This document shows positions 20,883 to 31,515 of a DNA stretch of 64,000 nt, one piece after another. Within the stretch, counting starts at the first letter, position 1. Each line of letters opens with the position of its first letter. Made by a program: the position numbers and the translations under genes. Source of the stretch: an uncultured Planctomycetota bacterium (GTDB lineage: Bacteria > Planctomycetota > Planctomycetia > Pirellulales > Lacipirellulaceae); contig CAVRBU010000002.1 of the NCBI GenBank assembly GCA_963719315.1, forward strand, positions 32,001-96,000, read 5' to 3'. Below the pieces are notes generated by a model that made no database searches, had not been told where the DNA came from, and was given only the letters and a program-made list of their open reading frames with translations.

Positions 20883-21731
20883 ATGAATAAAAGCGATACG
20901 GAACGCATGCAGTGTATGGAGGTTTGGGGAGGCAACCGGGCCACGAACCGTACTTTTGAAACACCGGGACTGAAGATCTGGATTTACAGTCGACCATATC
21001 GCCAAGCAACCGGCGGCGGCGACGTATACTATCTCTCTTCTTGTGCTTCCGGACGAATCACACGCATCTTGCTCGCCGATGTCAGCGGGCATGGTGAGAA
21101 GGTGTCGCATGTAGCGACAGAATTACGAGACTTGATGCGACGCAACGTGAACTACATCAAGCAAACTCGCTTCGTCCAGGCGATGAACCGGCAGTTCGCC
21201 CAATTTTCTGATCAGGGGGGCTTTGCGACGGCAGTGGTAAGCACGTATTTTGCACCAACCATGATGTTCACTCTTAGTAATGCGGGCCACCCCACTCCAC
21301 TTCTACTGCGTAAGGACGCTACCGCGTGGTCCGAACTGAAGTTGCAAGCCACTGAATCTAAGCGCATGACCGATTTGCCGCTGGGTATCCTCGATGACGC
21401 GGCCTACGGACAAGTCGAAATCCGTCTCCACCCCGGAGATGCGGTGCTCTGCTACAGCGATGCAGTCACGGAATCGATAGATTCCGACGGTCGCCAGCTA
21501 GGGCAGGCCGGCGTATTGAATTTAGTTGGTAGCTTGGAGGCAGAAGCACCGGCAGATATTATCCCTGAACTCGCCGTTCGCTTGAGAAGGTTGTCAGCCG
21601 ACAACCTGGAGCAAGATGATGTTACGCTGATGATTTGCCAGGCAACCGGCAGTGGACCGACTCTGAAAGACAATCTACTTGCTCCTTTTCGACTATTCGG
21701 CCCAGTGTCGGATCACACGGTCCTCGATTGA
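20883..21731 (+). CDS. SpoIIE/RsbU-like PP2C phosphatase
   Basis: GGDVY, ADVSGHG, NAGHP, YSDAVTE, DDVT. Confidence 0.9.
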   Translation: MNKSDTERMQCMEVWGGNRATNRTFETPGLKIWIYSRPYRQATGGGDVYYLSSCASGRITRILLADVSGHGEKVSHVATELRDLMRRNVNYIKQTRFVQAMNRQFAQFSDQGGFATAVVSTYFAPTMMFTLSNAGHPTPLLLRKDATAWSELKLQATESKRMTDLPLGILDDAAYGQVEIRLHPGDAVLCYSDAVTESIDSDGRQLGQAGVLNLVGSLEAEAPADIIPELAVRLRRLSADNLEQDDVTLMICQATGSGPTLKDNLLAPFRLFGPVSDHTVLD

Positions 21732-21961
21732 TGCCCTTTTTCTCGCGACTGTTGCTGCGCTCTCTCGCCGAGAATTATCCAACGCAAGAGCAAGCTTACA
21801 ACGGCGACTGCAGGTCAGCCCACATCTCAGTCAAAGCGCAGAAAGTCATCAGGACCTCGCCACACGCCCAAACTATCGTATTACCGGCAATTTCAAGACC
21901 AACTTATTTCTGCAAGCGACTAACGCAGATTCAATTGGCCAAATTCGATACTAGGTCCACC

Positions 21962-22558
21962 ATGACTATCAGAAGAATGATCTACCTGGGCATTGTCAGC
22001 GTCGTCATCGTGCTTGCCTATTTTGGCTGGAAGCTAACGGCACGAAGTGCGTACGAATCGGCCGAATACACGGTGCTCGAATCAGATAGCCCGTTTGAAA
22101 TACGCGAATACCCTGACCTGCAGCTGGCCACGACCAACATGCAGTTCAAATCGCAAGGCGATGATGGCAGTTTCATGCGATTGTTTCGCTACATTGGCGG
22201 CGCGAACGAAAAACAGCAAAAAGTGGCGATGACAACTCCCGTCTTCATGGAACCTCAAGCCGACGGCGCTCAGGGCCAAATGGGATTCGTGATCCCCAAG
22301 AATGTTGCTGACCAACGCGTGCCGGAACCGACGAGCGAACAAGTCCAGATTTCGAAACGCGCTGGTGGACGATTCGCTGTCATTCGATTTGCCGGGCAAA
22401 TGAATCGCGAATCCGTGGCGAAGGCCGAAGTACAATTGCGAACGTGGATGAACAAGAAAGGATTAGTTGGCGAACTCGATGCGGAGTTGGCCGGCTACGA
22501 TCCGCCCTGGACCCCCGGCCCATTTCGCCGCAATGAGGTTCTGATTCGCTTGAATTGA
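21962..22558 (+). CDS. SOUL heme-binding protein
   Basis: FEIREYP, FMRLFRYIGGAN, VAMTTPV, YDPPWTP..RRNEV. Confidence 0.9.
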   Translation: MTIRRMIYLGIVSVVIVLAYFGWKLTARSAYESAEYTVLESDSPFEIREYPDLQLATTNMQFKSQGDDGSFMRLFRYIGGANEKQQKVAMTTPVFMEPQADGAQGQMGFVIPKNVADQRVPEPTSEQVQISKRAGGRFAVIRFAGQMNRESVAKAEVQLRTWMNKKGLVGELDAELAGYDPPWTPGPFRRNEVLIRLN

Positions 22559-23262
22559 GCGATCATTTGCCGGTTCGCGTTCCGAGTCTCGAAAATGAGC
22601 GTTAATCGGCACTCGGAGACCATAGACGTAGACGCGGTTTGCGATGCTCTGCACAACCGGCCTCCTTCAAATCGCACCCATGCGAACCCGCAATTTCTCC
22701 TTATTACAGCCGAGCCCGAGGCTTGATAGGGTCGCTCTGAACCTCCGTTCGTGAGGCATTCGCCACGCCGCTGTCGCGAAGCAAGAAATGAACTAACGGC
22801 GAACAGGGCCGCGAAAGTAGACAAGCCTCGACCGAGGCCCGCTGAGGGGTGGAACAAGCTGTTCCGGTGTCGCAATCCGAGACTAGCAACACTCCCCGCC
22901 ATCAAACGCCGGTCAAACGACAAAGGTCGTGCAAGACAGGTCCGCCTTGCGACGGCACTTCGCCCTTTATAACGGATGGAATTTATGGTTGCTCGAAACG
23001 ACAAGGCCAGCATTTGCTATCGACAGGTCGCAGGTGGATATCGCACACGATCATCGTCAACTGATTATGGAAGGCGTATCCTTTGTTGCGACCATAGCTG
23101 AGAGTTTCGGTGTGGTAGCGACACGCCCCAAACGGGTCGTACCATTCGTCAAAGCAACTCCGCCGAGCCTAGAAGAGATCGGCGCAACTTCAACTTTTTC
23201 GGACAGCGCCGCCAGACGTAGTCAAGGCCGTCAAACGGATCGCAGTAGCAATTAGAGAGACG

Positions 23263-23626
23263 ATTCGAACCTGCGACCCTGAGACAACGCACCGCGCGAC
23301 ATCAGCCCGTGGTCAATCCTCTAGGAAGTCTTGTTGCCGTAATGGCTGCGGAGAGCCGCACAACAGTTGACAGAATTTCCCGTAAAAGAAAGAGACGACA
23401 CTGATCGGTCGACTACTTGCGCCGATAGGCGTGCGACCGATAAGCGAGGCGGGGTACGATGATTCTTATTGGGGTACAGAACTCGCAAAGGGGGATGTCT
23501 GGTTGAGACTTCCTCCTTTGGCGTCGGCTCAGTATAACTTGAGCCGCGTAACCTAAGTCCGCTATGGACCTGGATTTCCGAAAATGGCGGGGACAGGATT
23601 CGAACCTGCGACCTCGAGGTTATGAG
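23263..23626. repeat. 364-bp direct repeat (island end plus tRNA-fMet 3' att core at 23585-23626)
   Basis: Near-identical to 41602-41965; I found 2 mismatches by eye, both near the left edge. Confidence 0.95.
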
Positions 23627-23790
23627 TTTGATTTGGCAATCCCCATAACTCCGCTCTTTGACGACACTTGCGAATTTTACATCCTCCTTTGTGGGCTTGC
23701 AAGTTATGTTATTCTTTAGCGTTGATTAGCAAGTATTGCAATTTTTTATCTCGCAAAGGGGGAAGCTCCAAAGCGGGTGCGCACGACGTA
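23627..23790. repeat. tRNA-distal end sequence of island B
   Basis: Homologous to 3013-3176. Confidence 0.85.
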
Positions 23791-24161
23791 TTGGATCTGC
23801 TTTCGCACGCCACTGACAAAGATTCTGTCAAAAACGTCGACAGCGCGGCCCACCCCATCCACGATGTCTTCCGTTCGGAAGTATTCCTCGGTTGAGCGAA
23901 GAATTCGACTGTCTTTCAACGGCATCCTGTCATCAATCACGTGACAACTTCAAGTCCGGAACACGTTGGCCACGGATTGGATTTGTCAAAGTCGTTGTCA
24001 GTCGCGCTTCCCACGCAGCGCTGACGGTCTTCGTCCGTGTTGCCTCACCGAACGATTCAGCTCACGATTGCCCTGGAAATCTACAGGAGATTCGGTGCCG
24101 AAGTGGCATCGAGTGATTTACGAATTAGCTTCAAGTGGTCTGAAGGCAGGCTACGACGAGT

Positions 24162-24353
24162 GTGCTTGATGCACAGTTCGCTGGCGGCGAAGCTCTCACC
24201 AACGGCACCCCCATCTTCAGCGGCGACCATCCGGCTCAGTACTTCACGGCAGAAAATCGCACGGTCAGATTTGTCCCAGAGCCGGCGTCGCTCTTTCTGC
24301 TGGCCGTGGGGGCAGCCGGGCCGTTTTGCAGCCGATTGAGACATGTCTCGTGA
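24162..24353 (+). pseudogene. Remnant of a PEP-CTERM sorting-domain protein
   Basis: C-terminal VPEPASLFLLAVG...RLR; no intact upstream frame. Confidence 0.5.
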
Positions 24354-24650
24354 CTGTCGAGCTCTCCTGCTTAGGCAACCGTGGCGGATAAACATTTCGC
24401 ACAACGCCAAAAATCGTCGAAGCGATCGTTGGTAGCACAGTTTTTTCGTGCCGGAAATTCGTCTCCGCGGCCGGTCTGACACTGGGCGGTAATTTTGGAC
24501 GAAAAACCGGTCATCTACCCAAGGTTTCGCACCACAATGAGAATCATTAAAATAGGAAAGCAGCGCAATCGTGGTGCGGCCAGTGCTAAATTAATCATGT
24601 CCGGGTGCGGGTCTTTCCCGGCGCACTCGCTCTGTTTAAATGGTACCAAC

Positions 24651-24983
24651 ATGAACTTGATTAGGTGGATAAATAGGTGGCTTACGCACCGCGGAAAGGC
24701 TCTCTTGCTGTATCGGGCCGGAATGGCGAAGGCGAACAAACGCGATTACCACGGCGCGATAGCCGACTACTCAGATGCGATTCGGGCACCGGACATCCCG
24801 ATCGATGTGAAAGCTATGGCGACCTACAATCGGGCGCTCGCGTATACCGCGATTAGTGAAGACGAAAAAGCGGCTGAAGACCTTGCGGCGATGCTAGAAA
24901 TGGCTGGACTGCCTGAAAACATCAAAACAGAGGCTCGCCAACGGCGGGAACGGATAAAAAAGGCGCGACGAGAACAAGGATAG
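24651..24983 (+). CDS. Small TPR-repeat protein
   Basis: YRAGMAKANKRDYHGAIADYSDAI, YNRALAY. Confidence 0.75.
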   Translation: MNLIRWINRWLTHRGKALLLYRAGMAKANKRDYHGAIADYSDAIRAPDIPIDVKAMATYNRALAYTAISEDEKAAEDLAAMLEMAGLPENIKTEARQRRERIKKARREQG

Positions 24984-25391
24984 TCCGTGACGACTACATT
25001 GCACATCCGACTCGTTGACGAACCCTGCCCGGGAGTCTCATAACCGCAATTCATCGAATTGTGTCAAAACTAATCAACTCGTAAAACGCGTCGTAAATCC
25101 ACCGTTTAGACACGTCCGGAAGGGTGCCGATTCCGCCAACTCCGGAGCCGGTGACTGACCCTTTCGCGCGGTGTTCAAAACTCATCGACCCGGCGATCTC
25201 GACACAGATTTTCCGTGCCGAAAAGGCATAGGTTATCTCAGACTGAGGCGCGGAGCCGCTTTGAGCCCTGAAATATCTCGGTAAACCAACGTATTTCAAA
25301 TTGCGGTTCACAGACAATTCCGCCTACGACGCTTCGGAGTGAACAATCTTGGGGTCGGCGTTCATGGGCGTCGGGAAGAGATACGATTCGC

Positions 25392-26496
25392 CTAAAAGTG
25401 AAGTAAAATCGGAGATTGCTCGTCGGCAACGCGGGGACCGTGAGCAGCTGTGTCTCCCAAGAGTGTCTGCATCTCGAAGTTGTGCACCGCCATCCACAGA
25501 TAGGCCAGCGTCGATTCCGCACCTTGGTTGCGATTTACGCCCAGTGGTTCCAAGCCGTCGCAGCACGTTCCGAACTGAGGCTCTGCAAGCGCTTCGCTTA
25601 GACTGTTGCGGCCGTGAAACCAATCGTTAGCGTGGCAAAATGCGGTTAGGTAATTGTCCTTTTTATCAAGTCGAAACGCCGCCAGTGCGGCATCTGCCAT
25701 GGTGGCTGCCTCGACCGGTTGCTGATCATAGAGCGCCTTCTCCTCTCTGTGGGAATACCAGTCACTGTTTCCGACGGGCCAGAACACATTGTTGACCGTA
25801 GTAGTCTGATCTAAAAAATCGAACGATGTTTCCGCCACTTCGCGGAAACTCTCTTCCGGCCAGCGCTGCCCTGCAACGAATAGCGCATGCGGCAACACGG
25901 CATTCGCATACGTAAGACGTGACTCAAACCATTGCCAGTCAGGACGTACCGAACGCTCATAACACTCGATCAATCGCTGCGCCGCCGACCATGCAACAAG
26001 CTCGAGTAGCTCGATATCTTTGGACCGCTTTTCCCATAGATGACCCCAGGCCATGATCAAGTATGCTTGGGCGCGTAAGCTTCGTAGCTCGACAAGTGCA
26101 GGAACAGTATCCTCAATTAACTCGCGCGCGAACGCGCGGTGGCCCGCGGGTAGATCGCTTCCGAGTACCTCTGCCAGTGCTCGAATAGCCTGGCCCTGGC
26201 AATCGCCCGTACCGTTCGCATCCAACCAATCGCGCTGATAGCTCAAGAAGTTGTGAAATCCGCGCACGGGACTGCGCATGTTCGAGAAAACTCAGGTACG
26301 TGGTTACGCGGGCAAGCATACGCTTGTCTGGGTCCTCGCACCATAAACGGGCGCACAGGCGCAAAGCCCGGACATTGTCGTCCGTGGTGTAACCACTCTC
26401 GCGACGCGGAACACTATAAATCGCATGCTGGATCAGTCCCGCTGAATCGGTCATGCGGTCCAAATGATCCATTACAATCCAGTCGCGAACAGACAT
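25392..26496 (-). pseudogene. Glycosyltransferase-associated alpha/alpha-barrel hydrolase-like protein, frameshifted near 26275 (possible sequencing error)
   Basis: N-part GLIQHA..YTTDDNVRAL and C-part FHNFLSY..YANAVLP..YDQQPVEA..NQGAEST in different frames. Confidence 0.75.
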
Positions 26497-26507
26497 AACA
26501 GCTCTTT

Positions 26508-27731
26508 CTAATTTGATTCAATGGCACTGCCCACACTGACGAGCGGGGTGATGGCTTGGTGCGCGGGGTGTTTGTGGCGCGGGTCGACCGCGCGTTTTAC
26601 ACGGCTGTAAAGTTCCAAGTAGCTTCGCCCGACTTTGGGCCACGCCATCGGTTTGGCGTATTCGTAGGCTTTGAGTCGTGTTTCAGAACGAAAAGGCTCA
26701 TCTTTCAAGTATCGAATTGTCGCATTGGCAAGGGCGTTGCAATCGGCGAATGGCACGAGCTGCCCCCGTCCGTTTGCCAGGACTTCTTCCGCGTACAGGT
26801 AGGGAGTGCTAATGGTTGCGCATCCCGCCGACAGTCCATAGGCCAAAGTGCCGCTGGCAATTTGATCCTTTCCGGGGTAGGGAGTAACGAAGACGTCGCA
26901 AGCCTGCAAATACTGCGCGAGACCCACCAGGCTGAGAAAACTGTTGACAAACTGCACGTGCGCGCCGACACCCAACGTTTCAGCCATTGCCACAAGGCTC
27001 TCTCGGTAAACTTCGCCTTCTTGGCGTTTTACCAGAGGATGTGTCGCGCCGACGACAAGATACACGGCCGTGGGGCATGCTGCCACAATTCGCGGCATGG
27101 CCCGAATCATATGTTCCAGCCCCTTGCCGCGGTTGATTAGCCCGAAACTGCAAATGACTTGCTGTCTGGAGAGCTCCAACCGAGATTTTGCCTTACCCTC
27201 CGAGTCAACCGGGATGTCCGGTACACCGTGTGGAATGATATTCACCTTCGGCCCAGATATCCCATAAATCTCATCCAGGAGTTTGGCCGCCACCTTGGTC
27301 ATCACGACGACCGCTTGGCTCCGCTCGGCAACCATGTGAATCAATTGCTTCGGCAGCCGCTCCGGCTTAGTCATCAGCGTGTGAAACGTGGTGACAACGG
27401 GCTTGCGACAATTACGCAGAAAGTCCAGAACATCCATTCCCCACGGGCCCGCAAACAGGCCAAACTCGTGCTGTAAGTTCACAACGTCATAGGGACCTTC
27501 ATTGGCAACATCCGCCGCTCGCCGGTAAGCGTTTCGTCGTGCATTATCGATAGCATGCACCACACGCGGATCGTCATAGCATAGCTCATCCGTTTTTCGG
27601 ATCGCCGCTACGGAGCAAATCGCTACCGTGGCGGCCAAGTCCACTGCATCGGCCGAATCTTTCGTAAAGGTTGCGAGCCCGCATTTCTCAGGTGGATAAG
27701 TGGATATGAATAGTGGGCGAACTTTGTGCAT
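26508..27731 (-). CDS. Glycosyltransferase family 4
   Basis: [43 protein letters not shown]. Confidence 0.92.
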   Translation of the reverse strand: MHKVRPLFISTYPPEKCGLATFTKDSADAVDLAATVAICSVAAIRKTDELCYDDPRVVHAIDNARRNAYRRAADVANEGPYDVVNLQHEFGLFAGPWGMDVLDFLRNCRKPVVTTFHTLMTKPERLPKQLIHMVAERSQAVVVMTKVAAKLLDEIYGISGPKVNIIPHGVPDIPVDSEGKAKSRLELSRQQVICSFGLINRGKGLEHMIRAMPRIVAACPTAVYLVVGATHPLVKRQEGEVYRESLVAMAETLGVGAHVQFVNSFLSLVGLAQYLQACDVFVTPYPGKDQIASGTLAYGLSAGCATISTPYLYAEEVLANGRGQLVPFADCNALANATIRYLKDEPFRSETRLKAYEYAKPMAWPKVGRSYLELYSRVKRAVDPRHKHPAHQAITPLVSVGSAIESN

Positions 27732-27783
27732 TACTTACCCTCTCCGTCGTGCCTTGTGCTGCTCAATGTTGACCATCCTTTGG

Positions 27784-28062
27784 CTAGCCAACTGCCACAG
27801 CACCCGGCGCCGGTTCCAAAATCACTTTGACTTCGGAGATCCCGGCCAGCAATCGCTCAAACCGGCGTCCAGTCACCTGTGAGTTGTGGGCCACGCGAAA
27901 TATGTAATCCGACGAATTGCGTACTTCCTGCACTGGCTCGCTGGTTTTGAATACGAAAAAGTCGCTCAGTCGACGCAACAGCCAATTCACATTTTCCAAG
28001 CCATCGACGCGGAGACCTGAGGCACCATCCATTCGCCATATCCAAACTCTGAATGCTTTCAT
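27784..28062 (-). CDS. Hypothetical protein
   Basis: Start overlaps the stop of the upstream gene; GGAGG RBS. Confidence 0.6.
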   Translation of the reverse strand: MKAFRVWIWRMDGASGLRVDGLENVNWLLRRLSDFFVFKTSEPVQEVRNSSDYIFRVAHNSQVTGRRFERLLAGISEVKVILEPAPGAVAVG

Positions 28063-28367
28063 TATTCCTCCCCGCGCAATGGGGACGCAGGCCGGTCGAT
28101 ATTCCCTTTAGCTGTCGCACGTTCGCTGACGACACTCGCTCTTAAATGCGGGCCATCTTCTAGCGTGAAGTCAACCGCCTGACCTCGGCGCAAGTCGTCG
28201 AAGCCATGAATGCCCGGGACCGCATCGTGCAAAAAGTACACTTCTCGACCGGTGTCGTCGTGGATAGTGCCGTATCCTTTGTCGTTGTGGCCGGGAATGA
28301 GTTTTGAATTGGGCTGATAGGTTTGTTGTGACAGATGCACAAGCTTGTTGATCATTCCAATCGGCAT
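28062..28367 (-). CDS. Cold-shock-domain protein
   Basis: KGYGTI (RNP1-like), EVYFLH (RNP2-like), FDDLRRGQAVDF. Confidence 0.75.
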   Translation of the reverse strand: MPIGMINKLVHLSQQTYQPNSKLIPGHNDKGYGTIHDDTGREVYFLHDAVPGIHGFDDLRRGQAVDFTLEDGPHLRASVVSERATAKGNIDRPASPLRGEE

Positions 28368-28624
28368 GGCACTTACCTTTCCTGGCAAACCCAAAATCGT
28401 AAAATACGAGGCGCTTTATCGATTTAGGGTCGGCGTTTGATCCGATCAACCAATGTGAATAGCCCCCAAAGAATGATCGCGATGGCAAGAAATGCGATTA
28501 TCTCCGTTGGCCCGATTCCAAACACTTCAAACACGGTTTACCTCCGATGGCGACATAACCGCCGTCTGCTTACTGTGCACTGCCAGTAATCGGTTGCCAC
28601 AAACGGTGCAGACCAACGGCACAT

Positions 28625-29116
28625 TCACGCCTCGCCGCCCGTGTCGCGTTGAAAAGCTTCGACGAGCAATTCCTGCTCGCGACGAAGGTGTTCCAGTATT
28701 TCGTTGATCGTTCTTCGCACGTCGAAGCACGTCGCATCGAACTCCGCCAGATTCGCCGGCGATGCCAAGTCAAGCCGGACGACTATTTTTCGAACTGCGG
28801 CCCGAAGCTGCTCGTGGTCTCGTCTCAAATCATCGACCTGGCTTGTCAATGCCGGGTTGAAGCGAGAAATGCTATCCATATAGCCGTCGATCTCTTCCAA
28901 TGCGAACAACCGCTCTAGATGTTGCTGATACAACACCGTAAAAAATCGCACGCTCGAAAGCTTCCTCCCGTAGCCACCACCATCGACAGCCCACCCGATC
29001 ATGACTTCCAGCGCACGCGTAATGTGCTCCAATGCCTGGCTCTCAACCTTCGTCTGTTGAATGAGTAGTTCTTGATTCATTTGGTCGTCAATTACTGAAC
29101 CGGCCGCCAATTTCAC
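28625..29116 (-). CDS. Hemerythrin-like four-helix-bundle protein
   Basis: HLERLFALEE..GY, LRRDHEQL, EHLRREQEL, DTGGE. Confidence 0.7.
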   Translation of the reverse strand: MKLAAGSVIDDQMNQELLIQQTKVESQALEHITRALEVMIGWAVDGGGYGRKLSSVRFFTVLYQQHLERLFALEEIDGYMDSISRFNPALTSQVDDLRRDHEQLRAAVRKIVVRLDLASPANLAEFDATCFDVRRTINEILEHLRREQELLVEAFQRDTGGEA

Positions 29117-29352
29117 GTTCGCCTCGCGGCCGGCTTTATGGTCATTTGGCTGACCACTCGCCGCCCGCCCGTGAGCCCGGCGATCGCTTTTAAGGCGGCT
29201 TTTTGTTGATGTGCGAACTGAACACTCCCGGACAATGTCACCTGCCCGTTACTTGTCGATATGGTTAAGTGCTGAGAGTCGAATCCGCGCGATGCTAGTT
29301 TGTTTTTGATACTACGCGCAATACGGCCATCTTGAGCATTGTTCATGGCCAT
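29113..29352 (-). CDS. BON-domain protein
   Basis: D..IA..I..L, GQVTLSGSV, G.RRVVSQM. Confidence 0.85.
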   Translation of the reverse strand: MAMNNAQDGRIARSIKNKLASRGFDSQHLTISTSNGQVTLSGSVQFAHQQKAALKAIAGLTGGRRVVSQMTIKPAARRT

Positions 29353-29457
29353 TACTCCGGCGGTGAAACAGAGGTAGTTGTGGTGGGGGAAGCCGACAAG
29401 CTCAACCGAATCGCCAGTTGAAGCAGGTTCGCTTCACTCAGTGCGGTTCACTTCGCG

Positions 29458-29604
29458 CTAGCCGACGCGGCGTCCCTGAAGAACGTTGACGACCAATACC
29501 ACGAGTGCGACGACCAGGATAATGTGGACGAAATTCCCCGCCACGCCGAACCCAAGTCCTAAAGCCCACATCAGCAGCAGAATAAGCAACACGGTCCATA
29601 ACAT
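29458..29604 (-). CDS. lmo0937-family small membrane protein (48 aa)
   Basis: Hand translation MLWTVLLILLLMWALGLGFGVAGNFVHIILVVALVVLVVNVLQGRRVG; GAGGT RBS. Confidence 0.85.
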   Translation of the reverse strand: MLWTVLLILLLMWALGLGFGVAGNFVHIILVVALVVLVVNVLQGRRVG

Positions 29605-29636
29605 ACGTCACCTCATAAAACGAAGTAGAAGCCAAC

Positions 29637-29740
29637 AAAAAAACCGACGTGGCTGAGCACCCTAAGGTGATCGACCACGTCGGTTTACTCTTTAATGAGC
29701 CTTCCGGCACGACCGGGCTGCTCTTCATCTAGTCTTCCGA
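29637..29740 (-). ncRNA. Candidate cis-regulatory leader RNA, copy A (structured domain plus intrinsic terminator)
   Basis: 79/100 ungapped identity to 40641-40740; stem CCGACGTGG/CCACGTCGG + T7; directly downstream of a promoter. Confidence 0.75.
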
Positions 29741-29753
29741 CAAGTTCACATAA

Positions 29754-29782
29754 ATTATAGGCGCTGCGATGCACAAATTCAA
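29754..29782 (-). promoter_or_regulatory. Sigma70-type promoter driving leader copy A
   Basis: TTGAAT-N17-TATAAT on the minus strand. Confidence 0.7.
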
Positions 29783-30058
29783 GCAGCAAGTCAGCTTTTC
29801 ACCATCATCCGCACGGCTAGATCATCGTCGTTTTGCCTTTGACTCAGCGGATGAACGAACTTAGCTCCATACATGGCGACTAACGATCGATGCCGCATCA
29901 CGCATCGCTCCTTTGAGCGGGCACCTGAAGGTCCGGAACGGACGCGCGCCTCATTCGGAGAAATGGGGTAGCTTCTCGGCATAATTATTTTGTACCATCT
30001 TAGGGGTGGTTAAGATGGCACTCGAAAGCCATTCGGTATTGGGCGAAGCAAACGCCCA

Positions 30059-31027
30059 TCAGCCGCTCGCTGGCTCAGCGATGCTCGGGGAGTTGGAGAC
30101 GGTAAGTTTATTGGACGTATCGGATGAGCCCGCTGTGAGCTCTTCCAATGGAACTTCCGCCTCGACAAATGCCCGCGCTTCGTCAAGTTGTGGCGAGAGA
30201 AAATGGGAGACGATCACGGTGATGTTGTCTCTGCCGCCGTTTTCATTGGCCAAATTTACCAGCTTGCGGCAAGCCGCCTCGGCACTGGTGTTGGAATTGA
30301 GGAGCTCTTGCAGCTTTTCGTGGGGCACCATGTCGTAGAGGCCGTCTGTGCAGAGCAGCAGAATATCGTCGCGCTCAAGGGTTAATTTGTACACGTCCAC
30401 AGATAACTCATTTGAGCGCCCGCCGAGTACGTTCCAGAGGACATGGCTCATGGAAGAATGCCGCGATTCTTCGCGACTCATCTGCCCTGTCTCCGCCATT
30501 ATTTCGCTCACGGTATGGTCAACTGTTGTCTGGTCGAGCTGACGGTCTCTAAGCAGATAGCATCGGCTGTCGCCGACGTGGACAACGAAGGCTCTTGGCC
30601 AGACGATGTAGACCATCGTCATCGTGGTCCCCATGCTCTTCATCTCGGGATGCGTACTCACGGCGGTTTGAATACTTTTCTGGCAGGATTCAAGCGCCTC
30701 TTTCAAATGGTCCTCGAAATCGTGCTCCGAGTCTTCTTCGAGACGAAAGCACCAGGCGAGGCTGTTCAGGACGTAAGTTGTCACCTGGTCCACGGCAATG
30801 GTGCACGCCCGTTCGCCTGCTGCCTCGCCCCCCATTCCATCGGCAACGATCAGCAGTTTGCCTTGCGAGCCGCCGTAGACGCGCGTTTCGTTATCAAGAG
30901 TCAAGCTCGTGTCCTGCACACGCATCGACTTATTCAAGTCGGCGATAAGATAATGGTCCTGATTTGTGGGCCGCCGGCACCCTAAATCGGTCAACCCAAA
31001 GCAGTCCATTTGAGTGAGCATCGACAT
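30059..31027 (-). CDS. PP2C-family Ser/Thr protein phosphatase (PrpC/Stp-like)
   Basis: RRPTNQD, VADGMGG, MGTT, HVGDSRCY, LCTDGL, GGRDNIT. Confidence 0.93.
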   Translation of the reverse strand: MSMLTQMDCFGLTDLGCRRPTNQDHYLIADLNKSMRVQDTSLTLDNETRVYGGSQGKLLIVADGMGGEAAGERACTIAVDQVTTYVLNSLAWCFRLEEDSEHDFEDHLKEALESCQKSIQTAVSTHPEMKSMGTTMTMVYIVWPRAFVVHVGDSRCYLLRDRQLDQTTVDHTVSEIMAETGQMSREESRHSSMSHVLWNVLGGRSNELSVDVYKLTLERDDILLLCTDGLYDMVPHEKLQELLNSNTSAEAACRKLVNLANENGGRDNITVIVSHFLSPQLDEARAFVEAEVPLEELTAGSSDTSNKLTVSNSPSIAEPASG

Positions 31028-31105
31028 TCTCTCAATAACGAAGTAGTAAGACAACTGAACTTCGACCATCACCAAAGGCGCTGCCTCGGTTTAGTCAGTC
31101 GATGA

Positions 31106-31492
31106 CTAGCGCGTCAGACGCTCATTCACCCAAGTCCCGAAGTAGCTAAAGCTATGAGCACCAAGAGGCTCCGACAGACAGGCAACTCGCGTGGCGCCTT
31201 CACGGTCTTTGGCTTCAATGCCTAGTGCGTAATGTCCCGCCTGTAACTCCTTAATGGAAAACTCCATGATTGTGTCTTCGCCGTCTCCAAAGTTAAAAGT
31301 TTTTTGAAGACGTTTCAGCATCGCTATGCCATCCGCACCTTGCAAAGCGATGATGCTGGACTCGGCATAACCTGCCGCCTTCAAGGCCTGCGTAACTGCG
31401 TCGAACTGCTCCTTCGTGTCCACGAAGCCAATCGCCTGCATCTCGGGTGTGACCAGTTCTTGGCCGCAGTCAATAACGGGTTTGATTACCAT
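31106..31492 (-). CDS. Hypothetical protein
   Basis: GAGGA RBS; co-oriented within the operon. Confidence 0.65.
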   Translation of the reverse strand: MVIKPVIDCGQELVTPEMQAIGFVDTKEQFDAVTQALKAAGYAESSIIALQGADGIAMLKRLQKTFNFGDGEDTIMEFSIKELQAGHYALGIEAKDREGATRVACLSEPLGAHSFSYFGTWVNERLTR

Positions 31493-31515
31493 TGTCGTTG
31501 TTCCTCAATCGCAGG

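Larger units (their letters stand above)
3013..23584. mobile_element. Genomic island A (light/oxidative-stress cargo), no integrase seen
   Basis: Bounded by tRNA-fMet 3' fragments and conserved end sequences. Confidence 0.8.

Noticed and set aside
22560..23260. Possible integrase remnant near the end of island A (also 2165-2650 and 41365-41600)
   Set aside because: No R-H-R-Y tyrosine recombinase or serine recombinase motifs recognisable in the translated frames; a sensitive HMM search is still advisable.
29438..29728. 96-aa ORF spanning leader copy A, and the N-terminal extension of DUF892 to 40678
   Set aside because: Conservation between the copies follows base pairing rather than a shared reading frame, and better starts with RBS exist downstream.
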